Shown in pieces: positions 23,896 through 33,905 of a stretch of 64,000 nucleotides of DNA. The stretch covers positions 32,001-96,000 of the IMG/VR virus record IMGVR_UViG_3300044691_000355. The stretch is one strand, 5' to 3'. The stretch is from a virus. The notes below the pieces were generated by a model. The model searched no databases, had not been told where the DNA came from, and saw only the letters and a list, made by a program, of their open reading frames with translations. The position numbers were made by a program, and so were the translations under genes. Each line of letters opens with the position of its first letter. Within the stretch, counting starts at the first letter, position 1.

Positions 23896-24187
23896 AAATA
23901 AAATCCTCGGTGGGTGAATCAACAACGCCGACCGTTCGGCACGCGCACGCGCGCAAGACCTCAAAGAGGTTTTGGCCTCTTAAGAACCTTGTAGGCGTAA
24001 GAACTTGAGGTGTTTGCCGCGATTTGCAGCGATTGAGCCGGTGCCTGATGGGCGCAGCTCGCAAACATTGACGTATCAGGCGCGAAAGTACGCCATGTTG
24101 GACCCCAAATGCAAGCGGCTACCAAGCAAAACGCCCACGAATTTGTCTACCGAGACAATGTGCGATGCAGCACGCGAGTTGGTGGAG

Positions 24188-24673
24188 TCAAACGTAGCGC
24201 ACCGCCACGGGTGATTTTGCCAGTCGATAGCCCACCTCTTCGGCGTCGCGATTGTGCTGCACGTACCCGGCAAGGTGCGACTTGAGCAACTCCAGTTGCT
24301 TCCAATAATCGTGCTCAGGGATCGGGATCACCGGGGCCTTGATGCGCACTGGGATTTCCCGCCACACGTAGTGCGCGTCTTGAATCAGCCGCCAGACTTG
24401 ATTCGGCATCGAGTACCAGGCGCGGTGCACGAGCAGCCCCATGCCGCTGTACACCTCGGGCCAATTCTGGTTCACGACCCCCATGGTGGATGCGCCCTCG
24501 GCTTCCTCCTTGATCCGTCCCAGCGTGCATGCGAGTTTGCCCAGACGTTCACTCGGCTCCAGCATCGATGCCAGAGTGATGCCGTGAATCTTGCGACGCG
24601 TCTGCGCCCAAGCCTTACACCAAATATCCACCTCATCGTCTTTCCAGCGCACGGCGTTTCTCCCTGGCGACAC
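24188..24673 (-). CDS. Putative late-gene regulator (antiterminator Q position)
   Basis: WCKAWA N-terminal motif, helical C-terminus; last early gene before late operon. Confidence 0.4.
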   Translation of the reverse strand: MSPGRNAVRWKDDEVDIWCKAWAQTRRKIHGITLASMLEPSERLGKLACTLGRIKEEAEGASTMGVVNQNWPEVYSGMGLLVHRAWYSMPNQVWRLIQDAHYVWREIPVRIKAPVIPIPEHDYWKQLELLKSHLAGYVQHNRDAEEVGYRLAKSPVAVRYV

Positions 24674-24787
24674 TCAAGCAAACCGAACAAATAAACTTGC
24701 CGCGCACCAAGCGGCTATCGATGGCGCTGCGCGGATGGTGGCAGCGCGTGCAGATGCGCAGGAAAGTGATGCCGCGCGTGACGCCCG

Positions 24788-25330
24788 TCATCGCAGCCAC
24801 CGACGCATGGCATCGGGCGTCATGACCTCGGGCGGACGCACGGGCTGCGGCGCAGCGCCGACCACGCTGATGTCATCCAGTCTGAAAACCGGATACGGAG
24901 TTAGTGACGCGCGTGCAACCAGCAACTGCCGCGTGAGGCGAATCGCCGTGCCGTTCTTCACGAGCGCCTGATTGAAGCGCAGCACATGCCAGCCCAGGAG
25001 CGCCGCGTTCGCGTACTTGATGCAATCGGCCTCGAAGCCCACGAACGTGCAGTGACGGCCCAGGGCATAGGGCACGCCCTTGATGTAGCTCTTGCGCAGG
25101 CCCTCGATCTCCACGCCGACCTTCAACTCAGGCCACGCAAAATCCATTTTCCAGCGGCGGCTGTTATCGAATCGGAATTCGCGTACGCACGTCGGGAGTC
25201 GATAGCCCGCGTTGCAAACCTGCAACCAGAACATCTCCTCGCCCTTGGACTTCGCACGCGGTTGGCGCTTCGCCTTCGGGATGTTGGCCTTTGGAAATGC
25301 CGTGCGGGCCTGGGCGACGCTCATGCGCAT
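24788..25330 (-). CDS. PD-(D/E)XK endonuclease (DUF559/Vsr-like, possible resolvase)
   Basis: REFRF..RRWKMDFAWP..KVGVEIEG, DCIKY.NAALLGWHVLRF. Confidence 0.8.
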   Translation of the reverse strand: MRMSVAQARTAFPKANIPKAKRQPRAKSKGEEMFWLQVCNAGYRLPTCVREFRFDNSRRWKMDFAWPELKVGVEIEGLRKSYIKGVPYALGRHCTFVGFEADCIKYANAALLGWHVLRFNQALVKNGTAIRLTRQLLVARASLTPYPVFRLDDISVVGAAPQPVRPPEVMTPDAMRRWLR

Positions 25331-25656
25331 CAGAACCCCATCCGATTTTCGAGGAGCGTTACCAGCCGCTCCAACAATTCACGCACCTGCTCTAACCGCG
25401 TGTCGATGCTCGCGAGCACCTCCAGGCTTTGCAGTTGAATCCGCGCGGATACGATGGCCGCTTCGACTGGAGTATGCGGATCGTCCATCATGGACGGCGT
25501 CGCTTACCGCTAAGCTTGCGTTGCCAGGCGACTCCGGCTTTCCAAAACGGCCAGCATCCAAACCAGGCGGAGGGCTCGATCCGGTTCTTGCGCATGTACG
25601 CCTCGAAGGCCTTGCGGGAACTGATAGGCGGGATTCTCGTCATCGGTTTTCTCCAG

Positions 25657-25968
25657 TTACTTCCGTATCGCTGTGCGCCGTCCCTTGCGCTGTCTTGATG
25701 GGGCGCATGGCGCTACCTGAACCTTCGCGTAACCACGCTCGAAGGCGTCGCCCCAAGTCTGCCGCTCGACACCGTAGCGGGCCTTGGGGTTGATGAACTC
25801 TTCGGTGAGCCCATTCGCGAGGATGAAAGCTCCGATACGCTGCTCGCGTTCCTCGGGAGTCGTGACCCCACGGAATAGATCAACGCCAAACGCGCGAAAT
25901 ATTCTTTCGTGGAAATAGTCATCGACCGCCATGCGCGCGAACAGCGCCTCATTGCTCGGGCCAGACAT
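25657..25968 (-). CDS. Hypothetical protein
   Basis: Start at MSGPSNE; resembles 47026-47271. Confidence 0.5.
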   Translation of the reverse strand: MSGPSNEALFARMAVDDYFHERIFRAFGVDLFRGVTTPEEREQRIGAFILANGLTEEFINPKARYGVERQTWGDAFERGYAKVQVAPCAPSRQRKGRRTAIRK

Positions 25969-26686
25969 CAGCGTCATCGAAGAAGTTTGCGGCGGCTTCG
26001 GTCTCGGCAGGCGAGGCTTCCCAAAAGATGCCATCTTTCGGCCGGAACTGCGCATCCTCGATGCTGCCTGACACTTCGAGCGGTGGCACATTGGGCGCAA
26101 CTAGCAAGCCGGTCTTCTGCGCCGCAATCTTTTTCGCAAGGCCGGTCTGTTCATTGATGCCGCCGCGTGTCGCGATGCGCTTGAACATCGCCATGACTCG
26201 CGCGTGGCGTTCCGTATCGGCGAACATCTCGGCGACGGTGACGCGTGTGACGGTGAAGTCATCGCGCGTGATGCACACGGCCGACAGCGCGGAGTTGCGT
26301 TGCTTATCGACCCACCACTCCCGGAAATCATATTCCCAGGGGGCTGCGATCTCGCGCGGTGTCAGATGCAGCCGATCCATCGCGTAGGCGCAGAGCTGCT
26401 CTTGCAGTGAGGCAATCGGCTTCTCACCGGGCGGCGCGTCCTGCACGGCATTGGGTCCAACCCGGCGCAGCTCGCGGTGCAGGTTCCACACCTGCGGCAC
26501 GTTCGGCATCTTCTCAGGCCCGTCCTCGGATAACGCCCGCTCCATCACGCGCCCGAGCTGCACGAGGGTGAGCTTCTGCAATCCGATCCAGTACGCCTCG
26601 ATTCGATCAGGCGAGGGGAAGTCCCCGTATGCGCCGAAGAATTTACGCATCTGCGAATTGAATTCATCGCGGTCATTGCTTTGCAC
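25949..26686 (-). CDS. Putative helicase loader / replication protein
   Basis: Follows initiator; IEAYWIGL, KMPNVPQV motifs. Confidence 0.5.
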   Translation of the reverse strand: MQSNDRDEFNSQMRKFFGAYGDFPSPDRIEAYWIGLQKLTLVQLGRVMERALSEDGPEKMPNVPQVWNLHRELRRVGPNAVQDAPPGEKPIASLQEQLCAYAMDRLHLTPREIAAPWEYDFREWWVDKQRNSALSAVCITRDDFTVTRVTVAEMFADTERHARVMAMFKRIATRGGINEQTGLAKKIAAQKTGLLVAPNVPPLEVSGSIEDAQFRPKDGIFWEASPAETEAAANFFDDADVWPEQ

Positions 26687-27689
26687 GTTCGGCCTCCTCC
26701 GCTTCGTCCGCTTCGAGTTGTGCCAAGGTCTTCGCCACGCGCGGTGCTGGTTTGCCTGCGCGCTTCTCGGGGATCGTCCAGGGCATCGACCAGGGCCGGT
26801 CATCGGCGTGAAAGAATTTCGATGGGTTCATGACGAACGCGCCGGTCCCCTGCACGTAGAGCTTGTAACGCATCACGGCGGCGTAGAGTTCCGCCCACGT
26901 GGCGAGGCCATCGTCCACCAGCTTGCTCGCGAATCTCTCGGCTCCGATCCAATCGACGCGCCCGCCGCCGTCCGGGTAGTCGGCTCGACACATGCTCCAC
27001 CTGCGCTTGCGCTCGATCTCGGAGTTGAGCTGCGGGACGTGCGGGATCGCGGCCGTCGGGAAATCATCCCATCCGCTCGATGCACCGTGCCCGTTCTGTA
27101 ACGCCGTTACATCGCCGTTACCGGGAGGGGGTCTCTTCTCTTCCTCTTTTCTTTTGTCTTTTTCTTTCTTAAGGTCTGGGTCTGGGTCTACCACTTTAGT
27201 AACGGTGGTTTCTGACTTTGTAACGGTGCTAGTCTCTGTTACATGAGCGTTACCGCCGACCTTTTTCTTGGCCCTGAAATTCGCTACGCGCGCGTTACTC
27301 TTGGCGGTGGCATTCTTCTTTGCAATCAAGGAGTTCTTTTCGCAATAGCCCGGCAGTGTCAGTGTCCCATCGTCGAGTTCGTCCACCCAGTCACGCGAGA
27401 TGACATCAAAGAATCCGGCGATTCCGACCAACGCATCGAGCGCGGCGGCCTGCATCGGTAACGAATTATCTTTGCGCAAATGCACGTCGGCGTATTTCCA
27501 CAGCGTTACAACACCCCCGGTAATGGCGTTACATTGGAAGCGCAATTGGTCCCCCGGCGAGAGCGGGCGTTCACCCTGCGGTGTGATTTCCATGACGGTG
27601 TAGCGCTTGGTCAGCTCCTGCGCCGCGTTCAACAGGCGCGGGTCCTCGGCCATATCCTTGTCGAACTTGATGTAGCCGCCACGCTTCAT
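26673..27689 (-). CDS. Replication initiator (O-like)
   Basis: Downstream of cro; NARVANFRAK, Thr-rich linker, DPDPDLKKEKD, FVMNPSKFF C-terminal motif. Confidence 0.72.
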   Translation of the reverse strand: MKRGGYIKFDKDMAEDPRLLNAAQELTKRYTVMEITPQGERPLSPGDQLRFQCNAITGGVVTLWKYADVHLRKDNSLPMQAAALDALVGIAGFFDVISRDWVDELDDGTLTLPGYCEKNSLIAKKNATAKSNARVANFRAKKKVGGNAHVTETSTVTKSETTVTKVVDPDPDLKKEKDKRKEEEKRPPPGNGDVTALQNGHGASSGWDDFPTAAIPHVPQLNSEIERKRRWSMCRADYPDGGGRVDWIGAERFASKLVDDGLATWAELYAAVMRYKLYVQGTGAFVMNPSKFFHADDRPWSMPWTIPEKRAGKPAPRVAKTLAQLEADEAEEAERAKQ

Positions 27690-27842
27690 GGCAGCAGTAC
27701 CGGCTTTCGGCTACTTTTTTCCCACGCGAAGATTTGATACAGTTTCCTGTACCACCCATGGGGCAAGTTGAACAGGAGGTACAGCGTGATGGATTTTCCT
27801 TCGCCGCCCACGCGACAATCAGAAGCTGATCGAGCAGATCGG

Positions 27843-28088
27843 TTACTTGGCCCGGTGTCGCGCGGCGCGACTTTGCCGCTCTTGCTTCATCCGCAGTCGC
27901 TGCATGCGCAGGCGCGTGTAGTGCAAGGGCTTTACTTGCAGCGCGCCATCCGTGATCGTTTGAAGTTTGTAGGCGTGCCCCTCGGGCACCAATTTCGGCC
28001 ACATCCAAACACCCTGCTTGGAAATGCCGACCGCTTTACCGACCGCCTCTAGGGTTCCAAAATGAGCGTGTGCATCGGACTTCAACAT
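27843..28088 (-). CDS. cro: Cro-like repressor
   Basis: MLKSDAHAHFGTLEAVGKAVGISKQGVWMWPKLVPE; divergent from cI. Confidence 0.85.
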   Translation of the reverse strand: MLKSDAHAHFGTLEAVGKAVGISKQGVWMWPKLVPEGHAYKLQTITDGALQVKPLHYTRLRMQRLRMKQERQSRAARHRAK

Positions 28089-28095
28089 GGCCCGG

Positions 28096-28153
28096 ACGGT
28101 ACAGCTTGTGATACCAGCAAGTCAAGACTAATGTACGCAACATGGGGTACAAT
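28096..28153. promoter_or_regulatory. Divergent cro/cI promoters with two operator-like sites
   Basis: Minus strand TTGACT-N18-TACCGT 7 nt before cro ATG; plus strand TACAAT 6 nt before cI ATG; GTACA-N6-TGTAC-like sites at 28099-28114 and 28121-28136. Confidence 0.65.
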
Positions 28154-28159
28154 GCTGTG

Positions 28160-28444
28160 ATGCCAGAAGAAACGATAGGGCAAAGAATTCGCATCCGACG
28201 CGAATCCATGCGCCTCACCCAGACTGACCTCGCCGAAGCCGTCGGTGTGACGAAGACGGCGGTGTCAGCCTGGGAGACGGGCTATGCTGAGAATATCAGG
28301 CTGCACACCTTCGGGATGCTGTGCAAGGTGCTGGCCGTGAACTATGAGTATCTGATCTGGGGGGCGGACCGCAACAAGAGCGGGCAACCGCCCCCGGTGG
28401 TTCCGGTGGCTCGGAGGCGGAAGAAGTCTCCGCCCACCAATTGA
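28160..28444 (+). CDS. cI: CI-like XRE HTH repressor without peptidase domain
   Basis: IGQRIRIRRE..LTQTDLAEAVGVTKTAVSAWETG. Confidence 0.85.
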   Translation: MPEETIGQRIRIRRESMRLTQTDLAEAVGVTKTAVSAWETGYAENIRLHTFGMLCKVLAVNYEYLIWGADRNKSGQPPPVVPVARRRKKSPPTN

Positions 28445-28696
28445 CATAAATAACGTTCTCGATCTGCTTTGTTGGCGGCAACTTAAACATTTCCGGTGAT
28501 TCCCTTACGGGTTGCGTTTCTTCATGCAATCGCCAACTACTCCCTTCCAACCGGCAATTGCGACGTGCGAGATTTTTACCTCGTATGACCGTTCGATGCC
28601 TTGATTTTTAAACTACAGCCCCTCCCTTTAAGCTCTGACGCTCAAACTGGGTCGGTAACGATTCCATACCATAATACTCCTCGTCTGTGCGGTAGC

Positions 28697-28792
28697 GTAC
28701 ATTAAGATGTACTTGCGCCTTTCCCCGACAGCCCGGTGCTAATTCGGCGTTCCAAGTTCAACATGGTGGACAAGAAGTCCAATTAGTTGTAC
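28697..28792. promoter_or_regulatory. Three operator-like palindromes ahead of the early rightward operon
   Basis: GTACATTAAGATGTAC 28697-28712, GTTCAACATGGTGGAC 28756-28771, GTCCAATTAGTTGTAC 28777-28792. Confidence 0.65.
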
Positions 28793-28844
28793 TCTAGGCA
28801 CTTCCTCAAGGGTCTCATGGACCCTATCACGGGAGTGCCTAAAA

Positions 28845-29099
28845 GTGTACGTCTATCTACCGAACCCTTGCGCGACCCACGCCAGCAACGCGCGCTTCAC
28901 CGTCGGCTTCTTCGATCCCTTTGGGGCCTGGCGACCGGAAAGCGATTACCCCTCTGCGGAGGCAGCCTCGCAGCGCGTGCACTTCATGAACGGCGGCGCG
29001 GGTAAACGCACCCTGAATGGGATTCGCGCGCTCGAATTCCACTTCCACGCACAGCAGGCAGACGGCCACGCCCCTGCCATCGTGGCGGCGGGACCATGA
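28845..29099 (+). CDS. Small phage protein
   Basis: YVY...FTVGFFDP.G.WRPESD...AASQRVHFMNGG pattern. Confidence 0.6.
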   Translation: MYVYLPNPCATHASNARFTVGFFDPFGAWRPESDYPSAEAASQRVHFMNGGAGKRTLNGIRALEFHFHAQQADGHAPAIVAAGP

Positions 29100-29282
29100 G
29101 AAAGAAACACGGCGTTGCAACCCCGGAAGAAACGCGCCTGATGAATGAGTGGCAGGCGCGGCACGATGCGGCCATGAAGGATCACGCGCTACGGCGGCAA
29201 CGCGAGGCTTCCGGCCTGCCTGATAAAGACTTTTCGGTGCATCGGCTCAACGGCGATCCGGTGCCCTCAACGTAATCCAAGT

Positions 29283-29310
29283 TTGACGTAGTACGTGAAA
29301 CCTGTATAAT
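29283..29310 (+). promoter_or_regulatory. Sigma70-type promoter for recombination operon
   Basis: TTGACG-N16-TATAAT, then RBS GAGGA and ATG at 29351. Confidence 0.7.
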
Positions 29311-29350
29311 GTCTTTGGGTCTATTTCAATCAACGCGAGAGGACATCTAA

Positions 29351-30433
29351 ATGAGCGTCGAACGACGGGACATGGAATTGGAGACCAGCACGCAAGACTC
29401 CCCGATGGCGATGGCCATTATCAGCGCCACCATGAAGGCGGAGCTTGACCAGCAAATTGTGACGGCGCGCGCCAATCCGCGCAGCATCAAACACTTCGTG
29501 ACGGAGTGCATGGACTTGGCGTGTCTCTCGGAAGAGGTGGCGAGTGAGTGCTACTTCGTACTGCCCAGAGCGAAAAAGAATATCGAAGGCCCCGCCGTTC
29601 GGCTCGCTGAGATTGTGCAGTACGCGTGGGGCAATTCCCAATCTGGTTCCCAGGTCATCGATGAGGGGGAGGAGTTCGTCACGGCACAAGGCGTCTTCTA
29701 CGACATGGAGCGCAACAACCGCGTTACCGCCATCGTCAAGCGGCGCATCATCGATAAGGACGGGCATCGCTTCAATATCGACATGATCGGGGTCACCGGC
29801 ATGGCGGCGTGCAGTATCGCGCGGCGCAACGCCATTTTTCAGGGCATCCCTAAAGCGCTGTGGAACAACATTTATCTGGCTGTGCGCAAGTGCGCGGCGG
29901 GCAATATCAAGTCCCTCGTCACCAATCGCACGGAGGCCTTGAACTATCTTGCGCGCAAGGGCGTGACCGAGGCGGTGGTGATCGCGGCATTGGGTGTCGG
30001 CGGCATCGAGGACATCGGCTTAGATGAGCTGGCGACCATTCGCGGCATGATCACGGCAATCAAGGATGAGGGCGTCACCATCGAGGATGCGTTCGCGCCG
30101 AAAGAGGCGGCGGTGGGCAAGCCCAGGACTGCGGAGCCCAAGGCGAGGACCAGCGCGAAGACCACGGACCCAGACGCCTTCAAAGTCGAGCGCGAGCCCG
30201 GCACGGATGATGAGCCGCCCCCGCCCGCCGGTCGCGTGCGGGCTCGCACGCAAGATGCCCAGCCTGTGGTGACTGCCTCGCAGCGCGGCAAGCTTGAGGC
30301 CAAGGCCACGGCTGAGGGGATCGATATCAAGGCGCTGTGCACACATTTCCGAGTGGAGGTTTTAGATGACTTGCCTCAATACCAGTACGCGGCGGCATAC
30401 ACCTGGCTTGGAAGTGTCGCAGCCCCTGCTTGA
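29351..30433 (+). CDS. Putative single-strand annealing / recombination protein
   Basis: ELDQQIVTARANPRS, IEGPAVRLAE, SIARRNAI motifs; paired with exonuclease. Confidence 0.6.
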   Translation: MSVERRDMELETSTQDSPMAMAIISATMKAELDQQIVTARANPRSIKHFVTECMDLACLSEEVASECYFVLPRAKKNIEGPAVRLAEIVQYAWGNSQSGSQVIDEGEEFVTAQGVFYDMERNNRVTAIVKRRIIDKDGHRFNIDMIGVTGMAACSIARRNAIFQGIPKALWNNIYLAVRKCAAGNIKSLVTNRTEALNYLARKGVTEAVVIAALGVGGIEDIGLDELATIRGMITAIKDEGVTIEDAFAPKEAAVGKPRTAEPKARTSAKTTDPDAFKVEREPGTDDEPPPPAGRVRARTQDAQPVVTASQRGKLEAKATAEGIDIKALCTHFRVEVLDDLPQYQYAAAYTWLGSVAAPA

Positions 30434-31043
30434 TTTCGACGAGGCAACACACACCTACCGCGATTCGCGCGGTGTGGTGGTGCCTGGCGTCACCTCGGTG
30501 CTGGAGCCCTTGCAGTTGTACGACTGGGAGGACAACCCCTTCATCACCCCCGATGTGCTTCAGCGGGCGCGTGACTTCGGGCGGCACGTGCACTTAGCGG
30601 TGCACCTCTTCAATATTGGCGAGCTGATCGAGGAGGAGTTGGACCCGGCGCTGGTTCCATACCTTGCGGGCTGGAAAGCGTTTCTCTTTGAGACGGGCTG
30701 CACCATCACGCATTCCGAGCAGATCGTGCATCACAGACGCTACGGCTACGCGGGCATGCTCGATTCGCGCGGCCTTCTGTCGAAGCGGCATTGGCTTATC
30801 GATGTGAAAACGGGGAGCGTGATTCCCTGGACGGTCGGCTACCAGACGGCGGCGTATCAAGAGGCGCTGCCACCCGATGAGCGGCCGAAGAACCGGCTCG
30901 CCGTGCAGCTACTTGAGAATGGGCGATTTCGCATCCATGAGCAAAAGGATCAAGGCGATTTTCAGATTTTTTTGAGTGCGTTGAACATTTTCAAAGCGAA
31001 GGCGCGCAAAAGGGTACCTATCAATGTCAGCGAATACTGTTAG
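30414..31043 (+). CDS. PD-(D/E)XK exonuclease
   Basis: FDEATHTY, VPGVTSVL, GYAGMLD, LIDVKTG, QTAAY. Confidence 0.85.
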   Translation: MSQPLLDFDEATHTYRDSRGVVVPGVTSVLEPLQLYDWEDNPFITPDVLQRARDFGRHVHLAVHLFNIGELIEEELDPALVPYLAGWKAFLFETGCTITHSEQIVHHRRYGYAGMLDSRGLLSKRHWLIDVKTGSVIPWTVGYQTAAYQEALPPDERPKNRLAVQLLENGRFRIHEQKDQGDFQIFLSALNIFKAKARKRVPINVSEYC

Positions 31044-31851
31044 AGAGCCACCTGTCAGGGTGGAACTCCACGATAAGCATGGCTATGTCGCGCCGTTCAC
31101 CCCGGACCTCGCCTCAGACCCCACGGTGGTGGCACTGCGCCCGGCCTTGGGCTCGAAGACTCTGCTGATCAAAACGGCGGACGATTACGAGTGCGCGTCC
31201 ATGGTGCTGATGCAAGTGAAGACCTCGCTCGACATCATCGAGACGGCGCGCCTGAAAATCACGGTGCCCTTGAATGCGGCCTTGAAGGCGGCGAACGAAC
31301 AGGCGCGAACGGCGAAGGCTCCGTACCTCAATGAAGAGCAGATCATCAAGACGGCGCTGCTTGCCTACGATGATATCGAGGAAGAGGCGCGCGAGGATGA
31401 GCAGCGCAAGGCCAATGCCATCGCACGGGCGGAACAGGATCGCTTGGAGGCGATTGCCGATGCGGCCCGAGAGAAAGCGGACACGGCGGCGCGCGAGCTG
31501 CGCGAACAGGCGGAGGCGGCGCAGGCCAAGGGCGATGTGCGGGCGGCCGAGAAACTTTTAGGGCGCGCCTCAACGATTGAGAGCACGGGGGAAGCCAAGG
31601 CGGACCTGTACAACGAGCGCGCGTCCCAAGTGGTTGCGATGGTCTCCAGTCGTGCACCGCCGAAGGTGACCGGCATCGCGATCCCGAAAGTCTGGGACTT
31701 CGAGGTGATGGAGGAGGACAAGGTGCCCCTCGCCTACCGCCCGGTCGATGAGACGCTGATTCGCAAAGTGGTGACGGCCTTGAAGGGCCTCACCAACATT
31801 CCCGGCGTGCGCGTGTTTGAGCGCAAGCGCATCTCGGCGGGACGCGCCTAA
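31024..31851 (+). CDS. Coiled-coil phage protein
   Basis: Long helical region; WDFEV..DKVPLAY and IPGVRVFE C-terminus. Confidence 0.65.
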   Translation: MSANTVREPPVRVELHDKHGYVAPFTPDLASDPTVVALRPALGSKTLLIKTADDYECASMVLMQVKTSLDIIETARLKITVPLNAALKAANEQARTAKAPYLNEEQIIKTALLAYDDIEEEAREDEQRKANAIARAEQDRLEAIADAAREKADTAARELREQAEAAQAKGDVRAAEKLLGRASTIESTGEAKADLYNERASQVVAMVSSRAPPKVTGIAIPKVWDFEVMEEDKVPLAYRPVDETLIRKVVTALKGLTNIPGVRVFERKRISAGRA

Positions 31852-32100
31852 ATGGGTGATGTCGCTGACATGGTGCTCGATGGCACGCTGTGCGAGGGCT
31901 GCGGCGTGTACATCGAGGGCCCGTCCGATGGCGTCCCACGCCTGTGCTCATCGTGCGATAGCGAGGGCGCGCTCGTCGAGGAGGGCTGTCCGGGGCCTGG
32001 GTGGACTGAAAAGATATTCCATTGGGCCAAGTGCACGGTGTGCGGCAGAACCGTCAAGGCCGTCGGCCTGGCTCAACACATGAGCGCCAAGCACCCGTAA
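31852..32100 (+). CDS. Small zinc-finger protein
   Basis: CEGC, CSSC, CTVC..H...H motifs. Confidence 0.65.
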   Translation: MGDVADMVLDGTLCEGCGVYIEGPSDGVPRLCSSCDSEGALVEEGCPGPGWTEKIFHWAKCTVCGRTVKAVGLAQHMSAKHP

Positions 32101-32150
32101 TACTTTTGTCACTCGGCAGGGATCGCCAACAAACTCGAAAGGGAACTTGT

Positions 32151-32528
32151 ATGGCGACTGTCGAAGATGAGACCCGCGCGCGGGCTCGCAATTCCGACCC
32201 CTCCTCCAGCCACCTAGCTGCTGGTGATATGAACGCCACGGGACGCGCCAAGCGACAGCGCGCGCAGGCCTACAACGTCGTGCACGAACATGACGGCCTC
32301 ACCTCGCGCGAACTCGCCCGCTTCATGGCGAGCGATCAGGTAGGCGTGATGAAAAAACACGATCTTCTGCACCGTCGCTTGCCGGAGCTGCGCGAGGAGG
32401 GCTGGATCAAGAACGGCAAACACTTGCGCATGTGCGCGGTCTCCAAGCGGCGCGCGATGACGTGGTGGCTGGTGGTCCCGCGCCCGGATCGGCAAATGGA
32501 TTTCTTCGATGATGGGTCGCGGCTGTGA
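32151..32528 (+). CDS. Winged-helix DNA-binding protein
   Basis: ARNSDPSSSHLAA, GLTSRELA, RRLPELREEGWI. Confidence 0.7.
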   Translation: MATVEDETRARARNSDPSSSHLAAGDMNATGRAKRQRAQAYNVVHEHDGLTSRELARFMASDQVGVMKKHDLLHRRLPELREEGWIKNGKHLRMCAVSKRRAMTWWLVVPRPDRQMDFFDDGSRL

Positions 32529-32887
32529 AGCCAGTACGTTATGCGGATCGACGCGTTGCCCTCATCGCACTCCTGCGTGGCGAGAAAATCCCGCCACGAA
32601 TTGCATGCAAGGGCTTGCGACCGAAACTCGCGTCCTATCTGTTGGACCTCGTTTTAGAAGAAGAGCACCTGAGCGACGCTATCCTGTTCGACCTAGAGTT
32701 AGCGTATCGCGACGTTTGCGAGGATGAGTTGGTCTATGCGCTGCGTCGCCCGAAGGAACGCGCCTGGCGTCGGCATTGCGCAAACATCAGCGGGGCGAAT
32801 GCCACTCATCGCGTGGGCCGCCCCATTCTTGACGCGCAGGGATTCGTGCTGATCTATCCCACGGAATCTACTGTAGGTTCCACGTGA
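32525..32887 (+). CDS. Hypothetical protein
   Basis: GTGA overlaps at both ends. Confidence 0.55.
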   Translation: MKPVRYADRRVALIALLRGEKIPPRIACKGLRPKLASYLLDLVLEEEHLSDAILFDLELAYRDVCEDELVYALRRPKERAWRRHCANISGANATHRVGRPILDAQGFVLIYPTESTVGST

Positions 32888-33498
32888 AGCAAGTTTATCC
32901 CTTGAACTGGCCGCCATCGTGGAGGCGCACGCTCGCCGATCAGCGCACGCACGCACGCTTCAACAGCACCAGGGATGGGGGCGGCAGGAATGACGTGACG
33001 ATGCGCGGCGCGCTGGAGCGGATCGAATACGAGATGAGCATGATGCGCATCTTGCTCGCGGATGTGGTCGTGACCACGAATCATGCCGTGCGCCGTGACG
33101 GCTCGGACTACGCGAAGCCCCCGCCCCTCACTGATCCGGGCGTTGCTGTGTACTGGAAACACAAGGGCAAGCACGAGCGCTGCATGGCGATTGATCGATA
33201 CGACACTATCGCCGGGAACCTCGCGGCCGTCGCTGCATCCCTGTATGCGCTGCGCGCGGTCGAGCGTCACGGTGGAGCTGAGATCATGGACCGTGCCTTC
33301 ACCGGCTTCGCCGCGCTGCCATCGATTGAGCAATGGTTCCAAGTCCTGGGCGTGAGCGCGAACGCCAACAAAGAGGAAATCGACCGAGCATTTCGCCGCC
33401 TCGCGAGCGCCCATCACCCCGACAGGAGCGATGAGAATGATTCCGTGATGGGGCGCATCAACCGCGCCCGCGATCAAGCCATGGAGCAATTTGAATGA
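32884..33498 (+). CDS. J-domain (DnaJ-like) protein
   Basis: YPLNWPPSWRRT, DPGVAVYW, C-terminal WFQVLGV...AFRRLASAHHPDR. Confidence 0.85.
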   Translation: MKQVYPLNWPPSWRRTLADQRTHARFNSTRDGGGRNDVTMRGALERIEYEMSMMRILLADVVVTTNHAVRRDGSDYAKPPPLTDPGVAVYWKHKGKHERCMAIDRYDTIAGNLAAVAASLYALRAVERHGGAEIMDRAFTGFAALPSIEQWFQVLGVSANANKEEIDRAFRRLASAHHPDRSDENDSVMGRINRARDQAMEQFE

Positions 33499-33905
33499 AC
33501 CCAGCCGTCAAAGCACAGGTGCGCGCCCGCGCCACCTCGAAAATCGATTTGAAAGCCATCACGCCGGAGCAAGCGATCTATGCGGTCTTGGATCGCGCGC
33601 TGCTGTGGGCGGTGCTTGAAAATTCCTGGTGGCGCAATGCCCTGCCGGGTTTTATCTACGTTCTCCTCCCCGCCTCCATGCTCTCTGCGTCGCTCTGGGC
33701 ACTGCAAGTGCGTGGCTGGGCCGCCTGCATACCGCTAGGAGCTGCAATTCTGCTTCTCGGCGCGCTATGGCTGAACTATTTGATCACCCTCGCGCACGAA
33801 GGCGTCGAGGCGCGCATCGTGGCCAGCATGCACCGCGCGGTGCAGCCAGCGGTGTATGAGTTTCCGGCTACACCGCCGGGAAACTTCGGTGAGCCCACCC
33901 CATGA
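33495..33905 (+). CDS. Membrane protein
   Basis: Two hydrophobic segments; ATGA overlaps. Confidence 0.55.
   Translation: MNPAVKAQVRARATSKIDLKAITPEQAIYAVLDRALLWAVLENSWWRNALPGFIYVLLPASMLSASLWALQVRGWAACIPLGAAILLLGALWLNYLITLAHEGVEARIVASMHRAVQPAVYEFPATPPGNFGEPTP

Noticed and set aside
30414-31043. Cas4 of a CRISPR system
   Set aside because: Lacks the four-Cys Fe-S cluster; paired with a recombination gene as a phage exonuclease.
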